DNA of 58,757 bases, counting the filler, from Nemertoderma westbladi (taxonomy: Eukaryota; Animalia; Xenacoelomorpha): assembly GCA_032718475.1 (NCBI GenBank). It is 3 parts of 3 records of this genome, joined end to end, with 100 filler letters (N's around TTAATTAATTAA, not from the genome) between each part and the next. Parts side by side here need not be neighbours in the genome. Positions count along the whole stretch, not along the records: positions 1 to 25,289 come from JAUCBJ010004287.1; positions 25,390 to 49,727 come from JAUCBJ010005887.1; 1 more part is not named here. The stretch is one strand, 5' to 3'. Position 1 is the first letter of the stretch. The number at the start of each line of letters is the position of its first letter. Of this stretch, positions 23,995-36,882 are shown piece by piece. Under the pieces are notes generated by a model that saw only the letters and a list, made by a program, of their open reading frames with translations, searched no databases and was not told the DNA's origin. Position numbers and translations under genes: made by a program.

Positions 23995-25271
23995 TGAGGG
24001 AGGACTGCTAAGTGGAAATCAGAATGGGTTCCGTAAAGGTCGTGGGACCAAGGAGCCCATTTTGGCACTTAGAAGAGATAATTAAAGAGTTATCAAAAAA
24101 GAAAGACAGGCATCTGGCTGTTATCTTTGTTGACTTCTTCAAGGCCTTTGATTCAGTCCCTCGCTCACGTGTATTCAGCATACTTTCATTATATGGGATT
24201 CCTGATGAAATTATTGCAGCAATCAGATCAGTATACGATGGTTCGACAACATTTGTGTCTACTGTTGACGGTGACACAGAACCATATGAAGTGTTATGGG
24301 GCGTCCTCCAGGGAGACACACTTGCGCCATTCTTGTTCATAATTATGGTTGACTATGTTCTACGCATGTCCTTAGATCATCATAATGATGATGGGGTGAT
24401 GATAACTCCACCTACTGGCTCCAGAAGTCGAGGAAATCCTGCCAAGTACCTAACTGATCTAGACTTTGCTGATGACTTCGGAGTACACTCAGAATCACTA
24501 GAGGGAGCCCAACGGCTCCTCAGCTCATTAGAACAGGCTGCTTCTAGTGTTGGTATTTTTGTTAACTCCTAAAAAAATGTTGGCCAGTTAACTTTGAAAG
24601 TCCTCAGCAAATCTCTGATCGGAAGAGCATAAGCTCAAAGGATAAATACATAAGGGAAAGGCATGGACAGCATTGAATAGGCTTTCCAGGATTTGGAAGT
24701 CACATAGAATTCATCGGAAACTTAAGGTCCGATTATTTAGAGCAACAGTAGTTCCAGTACTCCTCTATGGGAGTCCATGCTGGGCTCTAACTGCTGAGGA
24801 CACCAAATCTATGGATGGCACATTCACAAGAATGCTACGCCGGGTTCATTGTGTCAAGTACAATGCACACATATCCAACCAGACACTATATAACATTGGA
24901 GGTGTCTCATTGGTTCCCCCAAGCTTGACACTAGAACAAAGCCGCCTCCGCTTTGCAGGACATTGCTTTCACCGTGAGGACCAGCCTGTGCACAATTTTG
25001 TGCTTTGGCAGCCCAATGGAGAAAATATGCATTATGGACAACCCTTGACTTTCGTGAGACGCCTCCTAAAGGACACTGTCCATTGAAGATGCGGATAATC
25101 TCGCGAAAGTCATGGGGGAGAGGGAGTTGTGGCGGTACAATTTTGTCGATAAGCCAGCATAGCATTCTGCATGGGGAGTGCGGATTGCATGGTGGTGACA
25201 AAATGTTTTTGTTAAGCCGGGATAGAGTCTCAATGTGCAGATTCAATGCAACAGGCCGATAATAGTAGTAG
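23995..25271 (+). mobile_element. 5'-truncated, degenerate RTE-like non-LTR retrotransposon (RT domain to 3' end)
   Basis: RT motifs FVDFFKAFDSV, GVLQGDTLAPFLF, LDFADD; stop and internal deletion; (TAG)n tail; ~14-bp target-site duplication TAATAGGCCTACTT (23981-23994) / TAATAGGGCCTACTT (25272-25286). Confidence 0.9.
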
Positions 25272-25289
25272 TAATAGGGCCTACTTACC

Positions 25290-25389
25290 NNNNNNNNNNN
25301 NNNNNNNNNNNNNNNNNNNNNNNNNNNNNNNNNTTAATTAATTAANNNNNNNNNNNNNNNNNNNNNNNNNNNNNNNNNNNNNNNNNNNN
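25290..25389. other. Assembly gap with artificial TTAATTAATTAA six-frame stop linker
   Basis: 44 N + TTAATTAATTAA + 44 N, the same layout as the second gap. Confidence 0.95.
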
Positions 25390-27284
25390 AGTTAGGAACT
25401 TTCACCCGTCAAACGGCTGGACAGACACCCCTCAAACGGGTGGATGAGTTTGTATTTCTCCACACAAATCCCTATTAAAAATTAAAATTAAATTCGCATT
25501 GCTATTTTTTTAGACGCACGAGTAAAATTGGTATTGTGACATAGAGCAGGCAAAACTACATATTTTGGTCCTGTAAAAATTAAAATTACAGCATAGTTAA
25601 CTTTTAATTAAGAATTAATTGAATTCCACCCGTCAAACGGGTGGATTTGTACAATTTTATCTGCTACTCGTCATCCCCCTGAGGCAAGCAGATTCCTTCC
25701 CATCTATGGAGCCAGGCTGCCAATCAACACACCAGAGAGCAGACCTCCACTGTCTACCACTACCATCCTTCCTAGTATACACACACACACACTGTGTACT
25801 AATTGAGGCAGCCAGCATAGCATTGGCTTTCTTATTATACTTACTGTATTACATATTACTCTGCAGCTCTTGTCCGACATTAGCTGAGTTACCTAACATG
25901 GCATCTGCTATGCCTTAGGCAAACCTACACAAAAGCGCCCGGCTGATGGCTGGTGGGGTGGCTGCTGGGCTGGACTGCTACACTACACTACTGGTAGTAT
26001 CCTAATTATATCCCTTTATGAAGACATTAAGTTAATATACTGGCGGTAAGTTACTGGCGGTAAGTTACAAGTTATTTCTTTATGCTCTATGAAGTTAAGT
26101 TCTCCTTCACACAGGCTAGAGCAGAGGACTAGGACACCATTTCACAATTCCTTCAATTTGCTGATTTGGCCTTGAATTGCTGACTTGCACTGGCGCCCAG
26201 CCAGCTCATTTCTGCATTACTGCTCAGTTCATTTTTGACTGTTTGGCTAACCATAAGTCTGTAAGTAAGAGTAATGTAAAAATATGATAATTGAAATCCT
26301 GATCCCGAAATTAATTAAAGTTAATTAACTCAATTAGGCAAAAATAATTAATTTAATTAATTACAGTTATAAAATACAGTTAGGTACGGTATTCACAGCG
26401 AGATTTGATTGCACAGTGATAGCAAACCTCACAGTCGTGGTGCACAGATTTTCTAAATTGGAGCCAAATTTTTCTAAAAACCGTAAATTAGAATTGCATG
26501 AATTATATGAATTGCATGAATTTTGTAACAGATTCCTCCATCTTATTGCTGTATTGGGTCAGAATTTTTCGGAGAGATGGAAAGCTGGCCATACAAGGAT
26601 ACCAAATGTGATATTGATATCATGCAACTTTCAAACGCCCATTTTAAGAATTGCATGAATCCCCCCTCCTTTAATAATTTTGCATTACTTCTATAACTCT
26701 GATTACTGAAGTTTGGGCTTTCCCGGCATGTAATTATATGTGTCTCTATTGGTGTTTATGCACTGGCTTGGCTGGACCCTATTAGACAGCTACAGTAGTC
26801 GGAGTAATACAAGGTGATAGCTTTCACCTTTATTATATACCTTTATTATTTTAAACGATGTAGTAATATATGGTCAATCATTGAGTGGTACGGTTCAAGA
26901 TGCTCTCAATAAATCAGCAATATATTGTAAGGTCAACGACCTCAAGGTCAACTTAAAGAAATCTGGGCCAAATTAAGACAAATCAAACGCCAAAAGATCA
27001 TGCATGATGCCCCATGATCACTCCAACCCCCCCCCCCCCCCCCCCACCCTCCATGTCAAAGCATCATCCTTCTGTCCTTGCTTATGCAATGCATTGGAAC
27101 AAGCAAAATGATTTAAATGGCATTTAAATTGCACCTCTGTTATGAGTGCCCTGAGCAGCCTGTGTGGTATTTTGTTCAGTCAGTTCCTCAGTTTGGGAAC
27201 TCTGTTCCAATGGGTTGCGAACTTTATTCTAATAATTACGACCTTTGTTCCAATATTGTTGTGAATGTACATCGCAATTCTTAA

Positions 27285-28029
27285 CCCTGTCTACCCTGGG
27301 CCATTTAGATCTTCCTACAGTCTGGGGGGGGGGGGGGGGGGGGGGGGGGATTCGACCCAGACCTGATTACTCGGCCATTTTTTAAAGAAATCCAATGAAA
27401 TATGGTAACAATATTAATGGTATATTTTAACACATTCTTGAAAAAATTCAATTGCGGAAAATGTGACATAATGTGTTTGATTTGCAATTCAAGTCTTACG
27501 TGTATATTTGGTGGTGGCGAATTCAATGGTAATGCAATTGAGTTGATACAAGTAATGCAACGACCATTTTTCGTGCGGGCACCAAAAGTGGGTGCAGCAC
27601 GAAATATTTAAAATTTTGTCTATTCGAAACATTCAATTTTGGAAATTTCGTTACCAAATTTTGGTACCCGCACGAAAAATACCCGTTAGGCCTCTGCACT
27701 AAACATTCGATATATTATACTCAACTCCACATCCAAAAAAAGAGATGTAGAATAGGATTTGTATTGTTTTGGGCAACTTTATAATTTACTCTATAATTTT
27801 TTATTTTTGTATTTTCAAAAATTTTGACCTGACATGGGTACAAGAAAGGTCCCCTATGAAAAAAACGGGCAAGGTTAGAGCCACAATTTTTTTTCATTTG
27901 AAAGAGGAATAAATTTGAATTAAAGTCAAGAAGTTTCAAGGACATACCTCTAACCCATTTGAAATGCCAGCGGCATTTATAATGGTCTGGGCGGATCCCC
28001 CCCCCCCCCCCCCCCCGGGGTAGATAGGG
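27285..28029. mobile_element. piggyBac-like MITE
   Basis: TIRs CCCTGTCTACCCTGGG / CCCGGGGTAGATAGGG, flanked on both sides by TTAA. Confidence 0.85.
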
Positions 28030-29220
28030 TTAATGTCAATTTAGGGAAAGTCGCAGCCGCAGGTTACAGGGGTACGTTATTCTATCCAAAACAATAAACG
28101 AAACTCACAACATCACCCCCCCCCCCCCCCCCCCCCATCTTCAAATATTAGGTAAGTGTATAGAACCTAAGCCCAGCCTGCAAGCCACAAGCAATTATGC
28201 AGGGCAATCAATTATAGATTATTGAGACAGACCAAAGGAAAATTAATTTAGCTCAGGAACCCATCCAACTCCGGGTCTGGTATCTTATACAGGATACAGC
28301 TAACAGCCAACATGTGAAAACCGTGGCCACACAGCCCAGAGGCAGAGCAGCAGAAGGCTGCCTTTTTAAATAGATTATATAAGCAAGCACACACAAACCA
28401 AAATTACGTTGAGCCCACAGGGCAAGCAGTGATGCCTGAAGCAATCAACATACAAGGTAGCTATTAGTAATACTTACTGGGCCTGGGCCATGCTGTAGTA
28501 GCTAGCTAGCTAGCCTGGCTGCCTGGTTTGTTTGCCCTGTGGGTGTGTGTGTTATGTTACTGTGTGTACCTCATATCCACCAGCCTGGGCCTGCTTAACT
28601 AAATTAATTCATAGACTTTCGTAACTCATCCCAGTTGCTGAGCTACAGTATCTAAAAGCCAGGCCAGCCATTACATCATTATTCCTACCTTAAGATTTGG
28701 TTTCAAAGTGCAGCCAAATTTTGCCGAGGAAACCCTACTAAAATAATTACCTAATTAAATATAATATAATTAGTTAACTAATTTAATTAAAATAATTAAT
28801 TAACTTAATAAAATATTTAACTAGTAACTTAATATAATAATTAATAAAATAATTAATTATCTTATGAAAAATTAATTATCTTAGACATAGACCTACCTAA
28901 TGTGTAATGACATAAGACATAATTTATTATCGTAGGCCTACCTACTGTGTATTGAAATAATTAATATCCTAAGAAAATAATTGATTAACTTACCAGTAAG
29001 AAAATAATAATTACTGTAGGGCCTACTGTGACTGTCATAATAAATATAATAATTTATCAACTTACTGGTAAGAAGAAAATACTTTATCATCTTAAAGATA
29101 ATAATTAATTACGCAGTACTGTTTGGTAACTGAAAGGTGAAGAAAATAATAAATTGTGCAGGCGCACTGGTAACTTAAATAAATAATTAATTAACTTCGG
29201 AAAATAATAATTATCAATAA

Positions 29221-29355
29221 TTATTACACGGTTATTTTGTTATTTTCCCGGTTATTTTGCCCGCGGAGAAGGATTAACCCAAGGGCCGCAGGCCCGAGGG
29301 TATCCTTCTCCAAGGGCAAAATAACCGGGAAAATAACAAAATAACCGTGTAATAA
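29221..29355. repeat. Hairpin with 42-bp perfect arms and GGGCCGCAGGCCC core
   Basis: 29221-29262 is the reverse complement of 29314-29355. Confidence 0.9.
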
Positions 29356-29584
29356 ATATGTTATTCCCCATTTTTATTCATCATCTCCTAACATTTCTAA
29401 AAGGGTTTTGTTTGGGGGCAGAATCATTAAAATGGGGCTTGGAAGTTTTGGGGGAAAATAAATATTAATATTTATTTATGTCACTAATTTTCCTTCGTTT
29501 AATTACTATATATTAACTCTTATTGAACTTCGGAAACTATATGAGAGTGGACGAGGCAACTCTGAGGATATTATTTATAACCAA

Positions 29585-30320
29585 AACATACAATACATTC
29601 AACAGCATTATACATTATTTGGTAACGGTTCCGTATGCCACTACACTTCTTAAACATAAATCATTGTTACACTTGGCAACCATGGAGTTCTAGAACACCA
29701 TATAAATGTTATTTGACTATTCTAGAACATAAATAAAATAAAATATAATATAATGTAATAGAACATATAGCTAGTAATTATTAAAGTTCAAAATAGCTAG
29801 TATATAAAAAAAATTTAAAAATGTTTTCTTAAATTTAGTGTTATAAATGTTATAATTTCAGGTACCTAGTAATTTTTAAGATTGCTAGTATTTTTATAAC
29901 ATAGATGTAGCTTGTATGACCATTTTTTAAATTTAAAAAATACGGTATTTTTTTAAATTTTTATTATTGGTAAGTGTTATAGAACTTTAGCTATATGTTG
30001 TTTTTATGGTAGGTATTTTTAGGTAGTATATTTTTACGAGCTAGTATTTGTAGAAACTATAAAAACTTTTGGCAACAAATTATTAAAAGTTGAAATCAGA
30101 ATTTTTTTAAAATTCTAGCAAATTTAAAATTAAAAAATAACTAGCTACATGTACTAGAACATTATATTTTTTATTTTAGTTATATTCTAGAATAGTTAAA
30201 TAACATTTACTGTATATGGTGTTCTATAACTAATATTGTTGCCATAGTACCAATGATTAAGTTTTAATAAAAAGTGAATGGCATAAGGAACCATAGCAAA
30301 TTATTGTCTGTATTTGTATT
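29585..30320. mobile_element. Degenerate AT-rich foldback element
   Basis: CTAGAACACCATATAAATGTTATTTGACTATTCTAGAA (~29690) pairs with TTCTAGAATAGTTAAATAACATTTA..TATGGTGTTCTA (~30185); boundaries approximate. Confidence 0.65.
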
Positions 30321-30330
30321 TATTGTCTGA

Positions 30331-30534
30331 TTGTTTAGAGCAGCAGTAGTTCCAGTACTCCTCTATGGGAGTCCATGCTGGGCTCTAACTGCTGAGGACA
30401 CCAAATCTCTGGATGGCACATTCACAAGAATGCTATTCCGGGTTCACTGTGTCAAGTACAATGCACACATCTCCAACCACACATTATATAACATTGGAGG
30501 TGTCTCATTGGTTCCCCCAAGCGTAACACTATAA
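30331..30534 (+). mobile_element. Isolated internal fragment of the same RTE-like LINE family
   Basis: Nearly identical to ~24731-24933 (FRAxVVPVLLYGSPCWALT...). Confidence 0.85.
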
Positions 30535-32334
30535 CAATTTAAATAATTTAATTAATTAATGGAATTAATTTACTCTAACAAATAGCGACATACTTTCCAA
30601 CTTTATATCGCAGTGCGACATTATTTATCAGTATGTCCCTAGTCCCTCTGCCATACATTTACGATGTACTCATTGTACTGTATGTCCAGCATATCAACGC
30701 GTCATTCCAAATAATCACATGACGTCATTCGAATACACACTCTTTCACAAACTTACACTTTTCTAAATCTTACAAAATTGAAATAGGTCAGAATCGAAGC
30801 AGAGGGATTATTACATTCATACCCCGACGTGTTCCCCACTACGCTAATTTAATACGAGATGAAAGTGTTTATAATTAACATGCCATGCTTCCCTGTAACA
30901 AGGTTGTTCTAGCAAGTTTAAATATTCATAATTACGAATAATTCCACACAAATAAATAAAATTAGATTCGCCATTGTTCGTAATTAGCACTTTAAAGCTT
31001 TAACGGCCGCAGTTTTGTTACAAAATCACTCCGTGTACCGCTATAAAGTGCTATTTTATGAACAATGATTGATTACATATAGTTAGGGCCCCCATAATTA
31101 GACATATGAATCTAAGCGAACTGACAAATTATTTACTCATCTTGAACTGCGCCAAAGTTAATTGTTATTTATTGGACCATTGATTGTTTCCCCCTTGAAA
31201 AGTGACTTTGCATTCATTCTTTAGCTACAAGCGTTTAAAAAGGTAGGTGTCTCCGACTCCGTTGATAATGCACCAGTTATACCGCAGTTATTCTTAAACC
31301 TTATAGTGATTTGTTTGTTGGTGCTGTTAGAAAGTTGGCCATGCAAGGATTCCAAATATGTAACACAATCTGAATTTCGTCGTAAAATAGCTGAGATATA
31401 AGCGTTCTAATGTTGCATGGTTTTTCAACTGCGCGAGGCTATTTTTATATTGAATAAATTCAGTATACCATATTATTCTGGAACATTTTATTCATGAATG
31501 AATAGCTACGTAATAAAGCTTAGCCTCGATATTTTAGTTAATTCCCGCAAATGCGGGTAATAACCAGTTATTTCCCGCTTGTAAGGGGGTTGAATGGGGA
31601 ATAACTTATTTTATTAACTCCTCCAGTCCTCCTAGCTAAGTAGTCAGGCAGACATTCAGCACTCAGGCTCAAGCAGTCTTTGAAACTTAGCTTAGTACAG
31701 CTATTACCGGCACTCTTACACTGTCAATCAAAAGCACCCTGTTGTTGTTGTAGGTTTACTCAAGGCTGTATTTCCTTGCATGTAGCCGCATTATATCCAG
31801 CCCTCAGATGAGTGTCCGAGATTCCTGTCGGCGGCTTTGATCATAAAGCAAGCTGGATAAAATTTACAAACTCTCCAAGCCACCCCTCAAACGGGTGGAA
31901 TTTAGCCCAGAAGAACGAATTAGGACACCCATTAAAGGGCTGGATTGGCCACCAGCCCCTCCCCCAGAGATACCACTATCACCACACTTAGCTATTCATT
32001 TCTTCCGGAGTAATTTTTATATTTTGAGAATTACTTACAGTGTATTATGTAGAATGAATTTAATTTAGGAAAAATATTTTTGAAGACTATCTGTCAACCA
32101 ATCTTTCAATCGATCAATATATTATTCCACCAACACATCAATCAATATATACTGTATACAGTAGGTACCTGAACTGTATAAAGAAAAAGAGTAACAAAAA
32201 AGTAAAACACATTATCTTATACAATGCTATATTGCGCCTCTGCATTCTCACGGGCTGGGCACCGTTTTTTGTTTCGGTTGCGCAAATTCCATACAATAAA
32301 TGCCAACAAGAAAACAAAAAGCTGCATTAGCAAT

Positions 32335-33833
32335 AAATTTTAAAGCCAGTTAAGGCAAAGTCTTATGTTAACAAATCCAACAGTACAATATGCCGCCTGG
32401 CTTATGGGGATACAGAAAAGGTTGAATAGTTATCCTTGGGAGATTGTGTTGCGTAACCATTATTTTCCGGTAACATCCAAGAGAGAAAGGAGCTTCCGTT
32501 ACTTCTTGTTTCCTTCCTTCACTTTACTTTACGTCATTTAGGTAAATACCAATTACGTCACAAAATGTGCAGGTGTATGTAAAGTAATAAATTTCGGAAT
32601 TGTATTGCACTGTACTGTATGTTAGAGTATAGGAACTGATACCGCAGAAATCTACCACCGACAATAGTCCGACTACCATCGACAAAAACTAATAATACTA
32701 GCAACACACCGACATATGAAAAACACTAACGATTTTTACCATTACGGTATGCAATATAATAATTCAAAACAGATAATATATGAAGGCGGTATTATATTTT
32801 AAATAAATTATCATGACTAATTACACCACCGACAACAGGCCGACAGTGGACAATATACTTTGTTATAAATATTTGGACTGAAAATAAAAATTGTATAATC
32901 ATGTACTGAAAAAGTTTACTAACATTGCCGAAGCTGTCGGTATACTGTCGGTTTGCGATCTTCAATGTCGGTTTGTGTCGGTTTGTGTCTTTTGTTGTCG
33001 GTGGTATGCGAAAGGTGTCGGTGGTTGTCGGTGGTTGTCGGTGTAGTATTTAGTCAAATTTTAAAGCCAGTTAAGGCAAAGTCTTATGTTAACAAATCCA
33101 ACAGTACAATATGCCGCCTGGCTTATGGGGATACAGAAAAGGTTGAATAGTTATGAAGTGGTCATCCTTGGGAGATTGTGTTGGGCAACCATTCTTTTCC
33201 GGTAACATCCAAGAGAGAAATGAGTTTCCGTTGCTTCTTGTTTCCTTCCTTCACTTTACTTTACGTCATTTAGGTAAATACCAATTACGTCACACAATGT
33301 GCAGCTGTATGTAAAGTAATAAATTTCGGCATTGTAGGGGCCTATCGCACTGTACTGTGTATGTCCAAGTTTAAGAACGGATACCGCAGAAATATACCAC
33401 TGACAACAGTCTGACTACCACCGACAACAGTCTGACTACCACCGACAAAAACTAATAATAATAGCAACACACCGACATATGAAAAACACTAACGATTTTT
33501 ACCATTACGCTATGCAATATAATAATTTAAAACAAGATAATATATGAAGGCGGTATTATATTTTAAAGAAATTATCATGACTAATTACACCACCGACAAC
33601 AGGCCGACAGTGGACAATATACCTTGTTATAAATATTTGGACTGGAAATAAAAATTGTATAATCATGTACTGATGTACTGAAATAGTTTACTAACATTGC
33701 CGAAGTTGTCGGTATACTGTCGGTTTGCGATCTTACCTGTCGGTTTGTGTCGGTTTATGTCTTTTGTTGTCGGTGGTTGTCGGTGGTATGCGAAAGGTGT
33801 CGGTGGTTGTCGGTGGCGTATTTAGTCAAACCC
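32335..33833. repeat. Tandem duplication, ~720-bp unit, ending in a Mutator-like terminus
   Basis: AAATTTTAAAGCCAGTTAAGGCAAAG starts at both 32335 and 33056; internal CCACCGACAA/TTGTCGGTGG inverted subrepeats; right end reads GGGTTTGACTAAATAC on the minus strand. Confidence 0.85.
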
Positions 33834-34953
33834 GACTGCGATTGGCTCACCATTAGTGAACAACAATCATTAACCAGACGGATTTCCATGTGTGTGCGAC
33901 TGTCAGACTGTGCTGCTGTGAGTGAGTGATGGGGCGTCTGGGTGTGTTCGTGCTGTAGGTCGAACTGGGGCCAGGCTGCAAACCACCACTGAACCGCGCA
34001 CAATTTTTCAGCTGCGCAATATTGGACAATATACCGCCACCGCGCATGCACCAAAAAAAACACGCATACCACATTTTAACAAAAAAAAAACGAAAAACAT
34101 ACGTCTGTACGTGAGCGAAGCGAGCAAAATTTTTTAATTCACAATGAAAAATGAAACGCCAGAACTGCCAGAACGCGAGCAAAACTCAAAGCGAGCGAAA
34201 TTTAGACATTTGAGCAATCTGACAATGCAAAATGCAAAGAAACGCGAGTGAAGCGAGCGAAATTTTTTTGTGTCACTTCTGCACTTTGCATTCATGTTAA
34301 CTTTTTTACACCTCATCTGCCTGTCCGCGCACTTTATGACTTGATATTTTGCACAGATTACTGCGCACTTTTGTTGTCTTTCACAAAATTTCGCGCACTT
34401 CTATTTCAATTCCACACGCTTTTACCCGGGTCCGACGAATTTGTACAAAAAAGTACAAAAAAATACAAAATAGTACAATATAGTACAAAAGAATACAAAA
34501 ATAGTACAAAAGAGTACAAACGAGTGAGAAACGCTTGCAAAACGCTTGCAAAACGTGTATCCAAGTGTAGTTCAAATCGTGTAGGGGGGCGCACATGATG
34601 TGCAAAATAAAACAAAGCATTGTCTGATTGTGGGGCGAGCCATGCATTGAGCGGGGGTTGATCTAGCTGTCTAGCAGTCGGAGAGTATTACAATACAATC
34701 TGACAATCTTATCAAAAAACGGTCCCAAGCCCGCAAAATTGCAGAGGGACTCAATAAAGTTGCAGATAGAGGCGTACATACAGACATACATAGCTTACAA
34801 CGTAGCATACAGTCTACTGGCAGACTGGTCTATCAGTCTATCCTTCAGTATATGGGCTACTTTAAGACTATGACCTAAATTTTGAGTCTCAGTTATAGGA
34901 GTTTTAGCTGCCCACTGCATAGTAGGCCTACAGGCCTATGTCTGTATGTAGAG

Positions 34954-36183
34954 CAGTTAGGAACACTGGTCACTTTCTGGCTGAAGCTCAGCCAAAAATT
35001 GTCCACATATTTACAGCCAGAAAGTGTCCGCGCAGCCACTATTTGTCCTTCACAGGCTGCGATTATATTTCCGGACATATTTTGGCTGTAACTCCAATAG
35101 TACTCAAAGCAGAAGCTGGGCACATTTTTATTTTTAATATTATGATAGTTAGGGTTCGACCGGAGCAATTTTTTTTGCCGGAGCCGGGTACCGGACCGGA
35201 GCAACCTAAAAGTGCCGGAGCCGGGGCCGGAGCCGGACCGGAGCAACATTGTTTGTTATTTAGCCTTGAGTTTGCCGTAATTAATTTTGCAGATAGCTCA
35301 GCAGGCTGGCAGGGGGGGGGGGGGGGGGGGCTCTTTACTGCTTTACATAATCAATTAACGGATAGCATAGATCTGTAGATCTACAGACTGACAGACCTAT
35401 ACCTGTATAGGCCTACTGATTACTGATATAATTTAATCTTAATCTATAGGCCTATACCTGTATACGGTCATTCGGGTACGGCCTGACAGCCTGGCCGATG
35501 TACTAGCTAACGGGCAGACTGCAAGACTGGATATTGGGTTATTAAAGTTAGCAGTCTTGCAGTCTTGGGTAAGTGGAAGACTGTCAGACTCAGTGACTCA
35601 GATAAAAGGACAATTCAACGGAAATAGGCCTACAGCTGTACAGCGAAAGACATAGTCAGACAACAGGACAATGCTACAGCAATAGGCCTACAGCTGTACA
35701 GCGTTTAGCCTACGGCCATACTGCCACGCGTAATACAGTCGGCAGTACAGTCTGCCAGTAGACTTTGATCAGTTCGCAGACGGACGTCTGGTGTCTGGCT
35801 GTATGTTTGCCTTGCCTATCCATGTAGCTATGCATCGTGCAGCACAAATACTTTTTGCCGGAGCTCCTGCACCTAATTTGACCGGAGCCGGACCGGAGCC
35901 GGACATGCCAAGTCCGGCCGGAGCCGGAGCCGGAGCCGGAGCTCCGGTCGAACCCTAATGATAGTTATCCCAACGATGAGATTCTAATTCTCAAATTAAT
36001 TTATACAGAATTTTATGGCGATTCTAATGGCATAATTTTTAGAATGCCAATGTTAAAATTTCACTGCCGGTTTTCAAATGAAATTTAGCATTGTTTTCTA
36101 TGGAGAGATTTCACTCTGAGAGCGTTTTCCGCGGACACATTCTGGCTGTAAATTGGACATATTGTGACCAGTGTTCCTGACTG
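34954..36183. mobile_element. TIR element with 5-bp flanking direct repeat TAGAG, host of a hAT MITE
   Basis: CAGTTAGGAACACTGGTCAC / GTGACCAGTGTTCCTGACTG; TAGAG at 34949-34953 and 36184-36188. Confidence 0.75.
35150..35957. mobile_element. hAT-type MITE
   Basis: 17-bp perfect TIR TAGGGTTCGACCGGAGC, 8-bp TSD ATGATAGT (35142-35149, 35958-35965), subterminal CCGGAG repeats. Confidence 0.92.
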
Positions 36184-36286
36184 TAGAGCCTATTGCATTT
36201 TGCATTATATTGTATTATACGAACTGTAGCCTATTTCTATTTGTATGCCAGTCAAAATCTACATGAATCAAAGTTCTGTCAATCAG

Positions 36287-36882
36287 CGGTCCTATGAATT
36301 ACCCAAAAAAACACAAAATTATCCAAAAATACACAAAAAACACAAAAATTTACCCAAAAAAAACACAAAAAACACAATAAAACACAAAAAAACACAATAT
36401 TACCCAAAAAGACAAACATAATTTATATCCTATATGGTTGGAAAAATAAGACTGTAGCCTAAACCTGTGTTGTGTGTTCTTTGGTTATCGTTTATTGTTT
36501 TGGTTAGAAAAGCCTGCTACTGTAACCTGCTCCATTCCATTAATTAAGAAATCTGATTTTGTATGCTGTCTGGCAGTCTGGGTGGGTAGGCTTACCGGTA
36601 AACCGGTGGCAGTAAGTCATTAAAGGAATCTTCAAATGAACAAAATGTAATATTTTGAAAAAGTGAAAACTGAAAAGTGAAACTCTTCTTACAATTTACC
36701 TAGCCTAAATCTTATTGTACCGGTAGATACATTGTTTATGAAAAACATTTTTTTTGTCTTTTTGGGTAGTTTTTTGGGTAATATTGTGTTTTTTTGTGTA
36801 TTTTTTTGTGTTTTTTTTGTGTATTTTTGTGTTTTTTTGTGTATTTTTTTTTTTGTGTTTTTTTGGGTAATTCGTAGGACCC
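36287..36882. mobile_element. Mutator-like MITE
   Basis: GGTCCTATGAATTACCCAAAAAAACACA / TGTGTTTTTTTGGGTAATTCGTAGGACC long TIRs; imperfect 9-bp TSD GTCAATCAG / GTCTATCAT. Confidence 0.7.

Noticed and set aside
25334-25345. TTAATTAATTAA motif within Ns (also 49772-49783)
   Set aside because: Identically centred in both 100-bp gaps, so it is an assembly linker and not biology.
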